Shown piece by piece: positions 1 to 9,367 of a stretch of 64,000 nt of DNA; positions within the stretch are counted from its first letter, which is position 1; each line of letters opens with the position of its first letter. The translations under genes were made by a program, and so were the position numbers. The notes below the pieces were generated by a model. The model did no database searches and was not told the origin of the DNA. It was given only the letters and a program-made list of their open reading frames with translations. The DNA lies in the NCBI GenBank assembly GCA_965219685.1, contig CBDCOH010000002.1:2816001-2880000 (forward strand). The letters run 5' to 3'. Source of the DNA: Candidatus Spongiisociaceae bacterium (GTDB lineage: Bacteria > Actinomycetota > Acidimicrobiia > Spongiisociales > Spongiisociaceae).

Positions 1-1
1 G

Positions 2-166
2 CGCATCCTGGCCGTGGCCCGCGGCCGTGCCGTAGTAGACAGCGCCGACGGTACGGTGCGCCGACTAGGCGCCGGCTCGACGGTCCTGATCCCGGCCGAG
101 GTCGGCACATCGACCCTTGTACACAGCCCCGGTACCGCAACCGTTCTCGAGATCGGAATCCTGTAG
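2..166 (+). CDS. 3' end of a gene truncated by the window edge; cupin-like C-terminus (possibly mannose-6-phosphate isomerase class I)
   Basis: Open frame from position 2, RILAVARGRAVVDSADGTVRRLGAGSTVLIPA...LEIGIL, ending TAG at 164-166; G-x-T/S-V-L-I-P-A cupin-like motif. Confidence 0.45.
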   Translation, partial: RILAVARGRAVVDSADGTVRRLGAGSTVLIPAEVGTSTLVHSPGTATVLEIGIL

Positions 167-335
167 AGACAGCTTCGAGCAAGTGCCTACCAGACCCAAG
201 CTCATCAGTAGGGACGACCTCGCAGGCAATTCGGTGGTCTGCGACACCAGTTCGCGAAGACCAGATGGACCGATCGCTCGCGCAGTCTTGTTGCATGCCG
301 TCGATGCGTCACAGACCGGATGTAGGGTTTGAGGC

Positions 336-1313
336 ATGGACCGGACAGCCGAGATACCGGCGGGCAACCTTGCTCTGTTCCCCACGGGAGAGGTCGACGA
401 GCCAACCTCGACGGCCGGTTCGCACGTCAGGCTCGACACCGGCGTGGACGCCCCCCTTGACTCCTTGAACCGCCCCGTGCTTGTGTGCGGGCGCGCAACC
501 GACGCCTTGGGCCTGCTGCCGGCCGGTAGCATCCAGACGGCCGTGACCTCCCCGCCGTACTGGTCATTGCGAGACTACGACGTGGCAAACCAGATCGGTC
601 GTGATGACGGACTTGGCGACTACATAAAGAGCATCGTCCTGGCCTTCGACCAGATCCGACGGGTTCTAGCCAATGACGGGACTGTCTGGCTCAATGTGGG
701 CGACAGCTACACATCGGGCAATCGGAAGTACCGCGCTCCCGATCGAAAGAATCGCGCGAGGGCGATGCCGGTGCGTCCACCCACGCCAGCCGGCCTGAAG
801 CCGAAGGATCTGATCGGTGTGCCGTGGCGGCTTGCGTTCGCTCTCCAAGACGCCGGCTGGTGGTTGCGATCCGAGGTGATCTGGTACAAGCCCAACGCGC
901 ATCCGGAGTCGGTTCGTGACCGCCCAACCAAGGCACACGAGACCGTCTTCCTGCTGTCGAAGAACCAGGACTACTTCTACGATGTGTCAGCTGTGAAGGG
1001 CCCGAACGGCCGCCGACTCCGCACGATGTGGGACATCAAGACCGAGCCCCGTCAGCGAGACGCCGGAGGGATCGACGACCATCCTGCCGTCATGCCGATG
1101 ACGCTGGCTCGCCGCTGCATCCGGATCACCAGCCGACCCGGCGACTTTGTACTCGATCCCTACGCCGGATCCGGCACGACGCTCCTGGCAGCCCAGGAAC
1201 TCTCCAGGAGTTGGGTCGGTATCGAACTGAAACCCGAGTACGTGGAGTTGATCGAACGCAGGATCGCCGGGCGAGCCATGACGGCGGTCGGCGAACGAAC
1301 ATCGAGGATCTGA
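336..1313 (+). CDS. Site-specific DNA methyltransferase, beta class (N4-cytosine type, M.SmaI-like)
   Basis: Motif IV TSPPY precedes motif I DPYAGSGTT; KPKDLIGVPWRLAFALQ and HETVFLLSK blocks typical of M.SmaI/Cfr9I-like enzymes. Confidence 0.92.
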   Translation: MDRTAEIPAGNLALFPTGEVDEPTSTAGSHVRLDTGVDAPLDSLNRPVLVCGRATDALGLLPAGSIQTAVTSPPYWSLRDYDVANQIGRDDGLGDYIKSIVLAFDQIRRVLANDGTVWLNVGDSYTSGNRKYRAPDRKNRARAMPVRPPTPAGLKPKDLIGVPWRLAFALQDAGWWLRSEVIWYKPNAHPESVRDRPTKAHETVFLLSKNQDYFYDVSAVKGPNGRRLRTMWDIKTEPRQRDAGGIDDHPAVMPMTLARRCIRITSRPGDFVLDPYAGSGTTLLAAQELSRSWVGIELKPEYVELIERRIAGRAMTAVGERTSRI

Positions 1314-2060
1314 AAGCCCGTATCGAGTCTCTTTCACCGATGGGTGTCCGGTTCGTTGCGCGGTTGATCGAGTCACTCTCGTCTCCTCCACGAGCTGATC
1401 TCACCAGTTCTTGGATTACGAGCAACCCTGAGTGGGTGGAGTACATCGGCCTCGCGATCTCCGTCCATCACAGCAACACCGTGGAACCCCTCGGATTGAT
1501 CAGCTTCGAAGTAGCTTTCCGGAACGCATGCGAAGCTTGTCGAATGGGGGGTGGACGAGCCGAGATCGGCAACCCGAAGATTCGTCGACATCACCGTTCA
1601 GAGTGACGACGACTCGGAGCGCAAACTGTCTATCAAGTCGACTGCTGCCCGGAGGTTATCGGCAACAACTGCTCATATCTCGAAGCTCACGGAGGCTGCG
1701 TGGATTCAAGATGTCAGGTCGGCAAGGACGCGAAGGCTCAACACCCTGGATCTGTTCCGTCAGTACCGTGAAGCAGTGGACGCGATAGTCATGCTCCGGG
1801 CGTTCCGGAGTGGGAGAGACGTGGTTCCCACGAAGTACCAGTTACTGGAGATTCCTACGGCAATCTTCGCCTCGCTGGAAAACGCTCCCCAAGCAGCCTT
1901 CGCTGCCGACGGCCCGACCGTCGACTGTACCTACGGAGAGGAACCGGTCGCGGCACGAGTGTCGCTGGACCGCTCCGACGCGAAGATCGCCGTGAAGCAG
2001 ATCAAGCTCTCCGCCTGCACCATCCACGCCGAGTGGTACATGTCGGATCGGACCACCTAA
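1280..2060 (+). pseudogene. SmaI-like type II restriction endonuclease, split by a frameshift at ~1537-1551
   Basis: N-half in the frame of ORF 1028-1606 (VHHSNTVEPLGLISFEVAF) and C-half in ORF 1551-2060 (KLSIKSTAA..HISKLTE, YQLLEIP, KQIKLSACTIHAEW) match blocks I recall from R.SmaI; directly follows the MTase; start codon uncertain. Confidence 0.7.
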
Positions 2061-2137
2061 GTAACCGGAAGATCGTCACCGTCGGGAACCGGTCCGACTC
2101 GGGCAGGCACACGTCGCCGACAACCGCCGGACACGGT

Positions 2138-3601
2138 CTAGGCCTGGTAGCTGCCCGAGGTGGCGCCGCCGCCGGTGCCGGTCCAGTCGGTGTGGAAGAA
2201 CTCTCCCCTGGGGCGGTCGATCCGTTCGTAGGTATGAGCGCCGAAATAGTCGCGCTGGGCCTGGACAAGGTTGGCGGGGAGGCGCTCCGAGCGGTAGGCG
2301 TCGTAGAAGGCCAGCGCTGAGGAGTAGGCAGGCACGGGGATACCGGCTCCCACTGCGGCGGTGACCACCCTGCGCCATCCTGAGTCCGCCCCGCGGACCG
2401 CATCCACGAAGAAGCCGTCCAGGAGGAGGCTGGGCAGGTCGGGCCGCCGGGCGAACGCCGCGGTGATGTCGTCGAGGAACGCGGCCCGGATGATGCATCC
2501 TTCACGCCACAGTTGAGCGATCCGCCCGTAGTCGAGGTCCCACCCGTGTTCGCGGGCGGCGGCGCCCAGCAGCATGAAGCCCTGCGCGTAGGAGACGATC
2601 TTCGAGGCGTAAAGGGCGTCGTGGATGGCGTCGACGAAGTCGTCGCCCCATCCGTGGCGGGTTGCCTTCGAGGGTTGCGGGCCCGGTCCCAGGACCCGGG
2701 CCGCCTCGATCCGCTGGTCGTGGAGGGCGGACACCACCCGGGCGTACACCGCTTCGGCCACCAGCGTCATCGGGTATCCGAGGTGGAGCGAGTCGATCAC
2801 CGTCCACTTCCCGGTCCCCTTCTGGCCGGCCGCGTCCAGGATGGCCTCCAGCGTGGGCTTACCCCGGTCGTCGGTGTGCTCGAGGATGTCCGCGGTGATG
2901 TCCACCAGGTACGAGTCCAGCAGACCGTCGCCCCACCGGCGGAATGTGGTCGCCATCTCCGGATGGGACATGCCGAGGCCGACCCGCATCAGGTGGTAGG
3001 CCTCCGCGATCACCTGCATGTCGCCGTACTCGATGCCGTTGTGCACCATCTTGGTGTAGTGGCCGGCTCCGCCAGGGCCCACCCAGTCGCAGCACGGGGT
3101 CCCGTCGGCAACCTTGGCGGCGATGGCCTGCAGGATGCCCTTCACGTGGGGCCAGGCGGCCGGATCCCCGCCGGGCATGATCGAGGGACCGTGGCGGGCT
3201 CCCTCCTCCCCGCCGGAGATGCCGGTGCCGATGAACCGCAGACCCCGCTCCGCGAGGCTCCGGGTGCGCCGGACCGAGTCCTCGAAGTAGGAGTTGCCCC
3301 CGTCGATGATGATGTCCCCCTCGTCGAGGAGGGGAACCAGCTGTCCGATGATGGCGTCCACCGCCCCACCCGCCTTGACCATGAGCATGATCCTCCGCGG
3401 TGGCTTCAGGGCTGCGACCAGTTCGTCAACGGTCCGGGTCCCCATCACCCGCGTGCCGCGTGCGGGCCCTTCGAGGAATTCGACGGTGCGCGCGGTGGTC
3501 CGGTTGTAGACGGCCACGGTGAACCCATGGTCGTCCATGTTCAGCACCAGGTTCTGGCCCATGACGGCCAGACCGATCAAGCCGATGTCAGCGGAAGTCA
3601 C
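2138..3601 (-). CDS. gndA: NADP-dependent 6-phosphogluconate dehydrogenase (decarboxylating)
   Basis: GLAVMGQNL, KMVHNGIEYGDMQ, GQKGTGKW and QAQRDYFGAHTYER motifs. Confidence 0.97.
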   Translation of the reverse strand: MTSADIGLIGLAVMGQNLVLNMDDHGFTVAVYNRTTARTVEFLEGPARGTRVMGTRTVDELVAALKPPRRIMLMVKAGGAVDAIIGQLVPLLDEGDIIIDGGNSYFEDSVRRTRSLAERGLRFIGTGISGGEEGARHGPSIMPGGDPAAWPHVKGILQAIAAKVADGTPCCDWVGPGGAGHYTKMVHNGIEYGDMQVIAEAYHLMRVGLGMSHPEMATTFRRWGDGLLDSYLVDITADILEHTDDRGKPTLEAILDAAGQKGTGKWTVIDSLHLGYPMTLVAEAVYARVVSALHDQRIEAARVLGPGPQPSKATRHGWGDDFVDAIHDALYASKIVSYAQGFMLLGAAAREHGWDLDYGRIAQLWREGCIIRAAFLDDITAAFARRPDLPSLLLDGFFVDAVRGADSGWRRVVTAAVGAGIPVPAYSSALAFYDAYRSERLPANLVQAQRDYFGAHTYERIDRPRGEFFHTDWTGTGGGATSGSYQA

Positions 3602-3649
3602 TGGAGTCCATGGTAAAGGAGAACCGAATGTAGTGGACGGACCGCCCGT

Positions 3650-4330
3650 TCACCCCTCTTTGAGCAGGAAACGAACCAGTACCAGCGCGATCCCGGCGCC
3701 GAGGAACTGCATGATGATGAAGCCCGGCGCGGAGGCGGGTGCGATCCCGGCGAATGTGTCGGAGAACATGCGGGAAATGGTTACCGCCGGGTTGGCGAAG
3801 CTGGTGGACGATGTGAAGAAGTATGCCCCGCCGATGTACACCCCCACCGCCGGGGCTACGAACCCCAGGCCCCCTCCTCCCGGCCGGGCGATCAGGCAGA
3901 TCACCATCATCAACCCGAGGGTGGCTATGACCTCGCCGAGGAACTGCCCGGCGCCGCCCCGGACCGTCTGCGACCACTCGACGGCATCGAGGGAGAACAT
4001 GAGGTTGGCTAGGACGGTCCCTGCGATACCCCCGGCGACTTGCGAGCCGACGTAGGCGGCGCCCTCCGGGGCGGACCGGTTCCGCATCGCCACGTCGAGC
4101 AGGGTGACGCACGGGTTGAAGTGGGCGCCCGAGATCGGGCCGAACGACCAGATGAGCACCATCAGGGCGAAGGCGGTCACCACCGCCGCCTCGAACAGCT
4201 GGAGCCCGACGTCGTCGGGGCTGAGGCGCTGGGCGGCTATCCCCCCTCCCACCACGGCCATCAGGAGAAAGGCCGTCCCGACGCCTTCGGCCACCAGGCG
4301 CCGGCTCAGCGAATAACCATGAGCATCCAT
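3650..4330 (-). CDS. MIP/aquaporin family channel (AqpS-like, arsenite efflux)
   Basis: ISGAHFNPC and FTSSTSFANPAVT motifs, six hydrophobic segments, divergent from arsC. Confidence 0.88.
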   Translation of the reverse strand: MDAHGYSLSRRLVAEGVGTAFLLMAVVGGGIAAQRLSPDDVGLQLFEAAVVTAFALMVLIWSFGPISGAHFNPCVTLLDVAMRNRSAPEGAAYVGSQVAGGIAGTVLANLMFSLDAVEWSQTVRGGAGQFLGEVIATLGLMMVICLIARPGGGGLGFVAPAVGVYIGGAYFFTSSTSFANPAVTISRMFSDTFAGIAPASAPGFIIMQFLGAGIALVLVRFLLKEG

Positions 4331-4444
4331 CGGGCGCAAGCGTAGAGCCGCGGACAGGGCTCCGATGGCATCAAAGGGGCGTGTGCAACCGGATTCACCA
4401 TAGGTTCACCGCCAGTTCGCGTCCAGGTCGTAGCATGCGCCCGT

Positions 4445-4867
4445 ATGAGCCAGATCACACCCAATCCCGAAGTCCTGTTCGTATGCGTCCACAACGCGGG
4501 CCGCTCCCAGATGGCCGCCGGCTTCCTCCGGCACCTGGCCGGGGAAAGCGTGAGGGTCAGGAGCGCCGGGTCGATGCCGGCCGACCGGATCAACCCGGCC
4601 GTCCAGGAGGCCATGGCCGAGAGAGGGATCGACCTCGGAGCGAGCATCCCTTCGAAGTTGTCGAGGGACAAAGTCTCCGCCGCCGACGTGGTGGTGACCA
4701 TGGGCTGCGGTGACGCCTGCCCGGTGCTGCCGGGGAAGCGCTACCTGGACTGGGAACTGGACGACCCGGCCGGCAAGGGTGTCGCTGGGGTCCGACCGGT
4801 CAGGGACGAGATCGAAGTGCTGGTGAGGGGCCTGCTGACCGACCTGGGTGTCGAACCCTCCTCGTAA
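4445..4867 (+). CDS. arsC: Arsenate reductase, LMW-PTP fold
   Basis: CVHNAGRSQMA P-loop, MGCGDACP, DWELDDPAG. Confidence 0.93.
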   Translation: MSQITPNPEVLFVCVHNAGRSQMAAGFLRHLAGESVRVRSAGSMPADRINPAVQEAMAERGIDLGASIPSKLSRDKVSAADVVVTMGCGDACPVLPGKRYLDWELDDPAGKGVAGVRPVRDEIEVLVRGLLTDLGVEPSS

Positions 4868-4899
4868 GATCGGAGCAGCATCGAGACAGGACGTGTGAC

Positions 4900-5637
4900 T
4901 TGGCTGTTCGGCTCGGCATCGACATCGGCGGAAGCGGGATCAAGGGAGCTCCGGTCGACCTGGAGTCGGGTGCGCTGACCGACAAGCGGGTCCGGATCAA
5001 GACACCCCGCCCTTCGAACCCCGAGGCGGTGGCAGGGGTCGTCCGCCAGGTCGTGGATGCCTTCCCCGACGTGACGGGAGCGATCGGGTGTACGTTTCCG
5101 GCCATCGTCCTCGCCGGCCGGATCAACTCGGCCGCCAACGTCGACCCCTCCTGGATAGGCACGGACGCCGACCGCCTCTTCTCCCAAGCCTGCGAACGTC
5201 CGGCATCGGTGGTCAACGACGCCGACGCGGCCGGAGTGGCCGAGGCCCGGGTCGGCGCCGCGGCGGGTCGCAAGGGCGTGGTGATCGTCCTCACCCTGGG
5301 AACCGGCATCGGATCGGCCGTTCTGCACGACGGCCGCCTGGTGCCCAACACCGAACTGGGACATCTAGAACTGGAAGGCAGGGTGGTCGAGTCCGGTGCC
5401 TCCAACCGGGCAAGGAAGCAGGAGAGCCTCTCGTTCAAGGTGTGGACCGGACGCCTCAACGCCTACCTGGCCCACCTGGAGCGGATCTTCTCACCCGACC
5501 TCTTCGTCATCGGCGGCGGGATCTCCAAGCGCTTTGGCAAGTTCGGTCCCATACTCCGCGCCCGGGCTGAGATAGTCCCCGCCGCACTCCGGAACGACGC
5601 CGGCATAGTGGGCGCCGCCCTGTGGGCAGGTCGGTAA
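4900..5637 (+). CDS. ppgK: Polyphosphate glucokinase (ROK family)
   Basis: GIDIGGSGIKGAPVD, NDADAAG, LTLGTGIGSA, PNTELGH, NDAGIVGAA. Confidence 0.92.
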   Translation: MAVRLGIDIGGSGIKGAPVDLESGALTDKRVRIKTPRPSNPEAVAGVVRQVVDAFPDVTGAIGCTFPAIVLAGRINSAANVDPSWIGTDADRLFSQACERPASVVNDADAAGVAEARVGAAAGRKGVVIVLTLGTGIGSAVLHDGRLVPNTELGHLELEGRVVESGASNRARKQESLSFKVWTGRLNAYLAHLERIFSPDLFVIGGGISKRFGKFGPILRARAEIVPAALRNDAGIVGAALWAGR

Positions 5638-5928
5638 CCACCACCGCGTACAAGGGGATTGACACTGTCCCACCATACCGCACTATTGGAGGAGCCAAGC
5701 ACCCCAAGCGGTCCGAACCGGCGTCATTCGCCCGCCCGAAGGATCATCTACCGGAGCGCCTTGCCCCGGCAAGCCCGGCCCGACACGCTCCGAGCCCAGG
5801 AACGGTGGTGGCGAGGGCCCGGAGAACCGGTCCCTCCTGGCGGTTTTCGCGACCTGGGCGCCATCCGGGTACGGAGCCGGTCCCGGACTGGCGACCTCCG
5901 TCCTCCCCCATCTCCGGATTGCCCGCGG

Positions 5929-7236
5929 CTAGGGGCCGACGGCGAACTCGCAGTAGCGGTCGACCTGGTCCGCAGGCAGCCGGACGCTCACCAGGGTCCC
6001 GTCCGCCGTGTGGTCCTCGGCGAGCACCTCCGCCTCGCGGCGGAGCCTGCCCAGCACCTGCCCCCTCGTGTAGGGGACGAGCAAATCGATCTGTTTCGAG
6101 TCGAGGGCCAGATGATCGGCGAGACGGTCCGTCAACTCGTCGATACCCGTTCCCTCTAGGGCGGACACGATCACCGCTTCCGGGTAGAGACCCCGCAACC
6201 GGGAGGCGGTGGGATCATGCGCCAGGTCCGCCTTGTTCAGGACGAGTATCTCCGGAAGGTGTCCGGCGCCGATGGAGTCCAGCACCTCCCTGACCGCTGC
6301 GACCTGCTCGGGCGCCGAGGGTTCCGATGCGTCCACGACATGGACCAGGAAATCGGCCTCCGATGTCTCCAGCAGCGTCGAACGGAAGGCCTCGACGAGT
6401 TGGTGGGGAAGGCGGCGGACGAATCCGACGGTATCCGAAAGGAGCAGCAGGCGACCGTTGGGGAGCTCGAAGCGCCGCGTCGTGGAGTCCAATGTCGAGA
6501 ACAGCCGGTCCTCGGTGCGCACACCGGCGCCCGTGAGAGCGTTCATGAGGGTGGACTTGCCGGCATTCGTGTATCCCACCAGTGACGCAGACGGGATGGC
6601 CTTGCCGGTCCTGGACTTGCGCTGGCCCTCCCTTGCCTGATGAACCTGCGCCAGCAGCTTGTCCAGATTCGAGATCCTGCGCATGATGCGGCGGCGATCG
6701 GTCTCCAGCTTCGTCTCCCCGGGACCGCGGGTGCCGATGCCTCCGCCGAGCCGGCTCAACTCGATGCCCTTGCCCCGCAGGCGGGGCAGGCGGTAGCGGA
6801 GCAGGGCGAGTTCGACCTGGAGCATCCCCTCCCGGCTGGTGGCGTGCTGGGCGAATATGTCGAGGATCACGGCCACCCGGTCCACCACGTCACACTCGAA
6901 CAGCTCCTGGAGGTTGCGCTGCTGCCCGGGAGCGAGGCTGTTGTCGAACACGACCACGTCCACATCGAGCCGGACGGCGTCCTGAGCCAATGCCTCCGCC
7001 TGTCCCGGTCCCACGAAGGTGGCCGGATGGGGCGACCGGCGCTTGAGAACCACCGTCGCGACCGGCGTCGATCCCGCCGTATCGGTCAGCAGCCGGAGTT
7101 CGTCCATCGAACGGCCAACGCCGCCGGGACCGGTCCCGTCCAGTTCGACACCGACCAGCAAAGCCTTCTGGCGCGCGACTTCGAGGTCGGTGACCGTGGC
7201 GGTGAGGCGACGGGCGCGACGTCCGTCAGCTGTCAT
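5929..7236 (-). CDS. hflX: GTPase HflX
   Basis: GGGIGTRGPGETKLETDRR, GYTNAGKST, DTVGF, NKAD. Confidence 0.97.
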   Translation of the reverse strand: MTADGRRARRLTATVTDLEVARQKALLVGVELDGTGPGGVGRSMDELRLLTDTAGSTPVATVVLKRRSPHPATFVGPGQAEALAQDAVRLDVDVVVFDNSLAPGQQRNLQELFECDVVDRVAVILDIFAQHATSREGMLQVELALLRYRLPRLRGKGIELSRLGGGIGTRGPGETKLETDRRRIMRRISNLDKLLAQVHQAREGQRKSRTGKAIPSASLVGYTNAGKSTLMNALTGAGVRTEDRLFSTLDSTTRRFELPNGRLLLLSDTVGFVRRLPHQLVEAFRSTLLETSEADFLVHVVDASEPSAPEQVAAVREVLDSIGAGHLPEILVLNKADLAHDPTASRLRGLYPEAVIVSALEGTGIDELTDRLADHLALDSKQIDLLVPYTRGQVLGRLRREAEVLAEDHTADGTLVSVRLPADQVDRYCEFAVGP

Positions 7237-7319
7237 GACCGGGGTCCTTCAGCGGTTGCCGGGATCCGTCCGTCCCGGTTGGTAAGAGGCATGGAGGCGA
7301 AGCCGTGTCAGGACGCCTA

Positions 7320-7631
7320 TCAGAGATAGGAGTTCTCGCCGGCGTGGGAATCCTCCTGCTCCTCGGCGATGATCTGCGATTCGCGGACCGCTACCGCCAG
7401 CCGATTGTTCTCCGGCCAGAGGAAACGCCAAGCGCCCGTCGGGACCGCCCAGAAGCGCAGGCCGGTGTGGATGTCTACCAGCGACAGCGCGTCGTTGGTG
7501 GACTCGGTGCCGGCCGGGACCAGCAGCCCCGAGCGCGTCGCCGACTCCTCCATCAAGTGACCGACCCGCCACCCGGGCAGGATCCGGTAACCGTTCGAAT
7601 CGATGATGTGTTCGTTTCTCGTGGAATCCAT
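7320..7631 (-). CDS. Hypothetical protein
   Basis: 103 aa ORF between hflX and selC with plausible composition; no recognised motif. Confidence 0.5.
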   Translation of the reverse strand: MDSTRNEHIIDSNGYRILPGWRVGHLMEESATRSGLLVPAGTESTNDALSLVDIHTGLRFWAVPTGAWRFLWPENNRLAVAVRESQIIAEEQEDSHAGENSYL

Positions 7632-7807
7632 GTTTCAAATCGTCTGGTCGCATGAGGGTAGCCGCCTCCGAAGGCGAACCATCCGCTCGGTTGACGCACC
7701 GCGCTGGTAGGCGTACCGCGAGCAGCCGACCCCAGGCGGGCCACCGCCAGACCGCAACTGCGTGCCCCGCTGATGGGAGCTCGCTGACGGGCGTTATCCT
7801 TGGCCAT

Positions 7808-7899
7808 GGAGGCGAACGAGCGCCTGGTGGGCTCCCTGGTCTTCAAAACCAGTGGGGGTACGAGAGTGCCCCGGCGGGTTCGATTCCCGTCCGCCTCCG
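7808..7899 (+). tRNA. selC: tRNA-Sec (anticodon UCA)
   Basis: Acceptor GGAGGCG/CGCCTCC, anticodon arm CTGGT-CTTCAAA-ACCAG, long variable arm GGGGTAC-GAGA-GTGCCCC, T loop TTCGATT, G discriminator; CCA not encoded. Confidence 0.95.
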
Positions 7900-8385
7900 C
7901 TATTATTAGGATTTTTCTCATGTTAGAGTGGATTGTAGTGTGTTGCTCTTGATAGTGTTACACACAAGGCCCAGCGGATTTCTGGTTTGGCGGGGTGACT
8001 TCCGCAACCGAACCCGTTTCGGCCTGACGCACCAAGATCGGCCGACAGAAACGCCACCGACCTGCCATCAGCCAACAGGTCCCAGGGATTGCGGCAGACT
8101 CGAGGCGGACACCGGTAAGGCAAAGTGCCCCTTTACGGGCAGTACACCGCCCGACTTGAGTATCCCGACTCCACGAAAGGGGCGACCGTCAGCGTCCACC
8201 GACACTGGGCAACTCCACGACTCGGTCCCAGAGGTCGCGGGAACTGCGTGCTTGTCATGGGCGAGCAACGAGATCGGCGAAAGGACACTCGGTTGGAAGG
8301 CGACGACCTTGGGACAGCCCAATCCGATCCCACCAGAACAGCTTCAACAAATCGGAGTCCAATCTTGACGGCCTCCTCCAAGCCA

Positions 8386-8944
8386 TCAGTTGGGCTTGGT
8401 GACATCGATCACGATCACCGAGATCTTGTGTAGCTCGTCGGTTGTCAGCTCCTCCTGGAGTTGTCGGGCCAACTCTTCCGGGGTGTCGGGTCGTTGACCG
8501 TTGGGGGGTCTTGTGGTTTCGCCGGCTCCGAACCATAGGACGAGGTATATCCCGTACCCGGATGTGGCCGGATCGGTCGTGTACCGGCCGATGAGTTGGC
8601 TGCGCAGGGCACTCCACAGGTCGCGGTGCTTGTCCTTCTTGATCTCGGTTGGAACGTTGAACCCTTGGAAGGTCGTGCGGATATCGGCTCGCTTGTCTGC
8701 TGCGTAGCGACCCTAAGGTGCTGCGTCAACCTCTCGGGGGTAGGCGTTCCTTGAGACTCTCGAGAAGCGCGTCACGACAGGAGTCTTCCCGCTTGCCATT
8801 GGTCAGGCGACCATAGGAGTCTTCGTTCCAGAGCTGCCTCCAGGGGTTGGTGTTGTCACCTCGCACATGGTCCGCGAGGTCCCTGAGCCGGTCGCGGAGA
8901 AGGGCAGCTAGGTCAGCCGGGTTCGCGGGAGCTCGGTTGCCGAG
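8386..8944 (-). pseudogene. Remnant of the C-terminal PD-(D/E)XK-type nuclease domain of a NACHT/STAND (Avs-like) protein
   Basis: Manual translation PANPADLAALLRDRL..WRQLWNED..REDSCRDALL / frameshift ~8735 / in-frame TAG 8713-8715 / RADIR..VPTEIKK..HRDLWSAL..QLIGRYTTDP..GYGIYLVLWFG. Confidence 0.65.
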
Positions 8945-9367
8945 ACCATGGGGACCAAGAACTCATGGACTGCCGTAACCGCTGGAATCCCACCAACTAT
9001 GCAATCCGAGCGCCTTCTTAGATGCGGCTTCAACATTTGGCTCCGAATCCCCGGCATTCGAGTCACACCCGGGTGTAGGCTGAGGTACGGCGGAGACATG
9101 GGTGACAGCCGATGCGCAGCCCACGACCTCAAGAATTGGGCACGGCCGCTACGACGCTTCAACAGAGGGTACTCCTTCTGCCCGAAGAGTTCGGTGGCCG
9201 GAATGGCATCCGCCCACTCCGCCATACCGTGTTCGCCGACGCTCGAATTGCGAGCATCCGGCCCGATACCGAATGTGAGCGGGTAGCTCTAACGGAAGCC
9301 TATGTCGACGCATTCGGCTACTCACTGGCTACTCACTTTGGGGTGGAGAGCGAAAGGACGCCGTAAG

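Noticed and set aside
7606-7625. TGTTCGTTTCTC(G/A)TGG shared with the HNH gene start at ~47740
   Set aside because: Only a LexA half-site here; too short to infer a relationship
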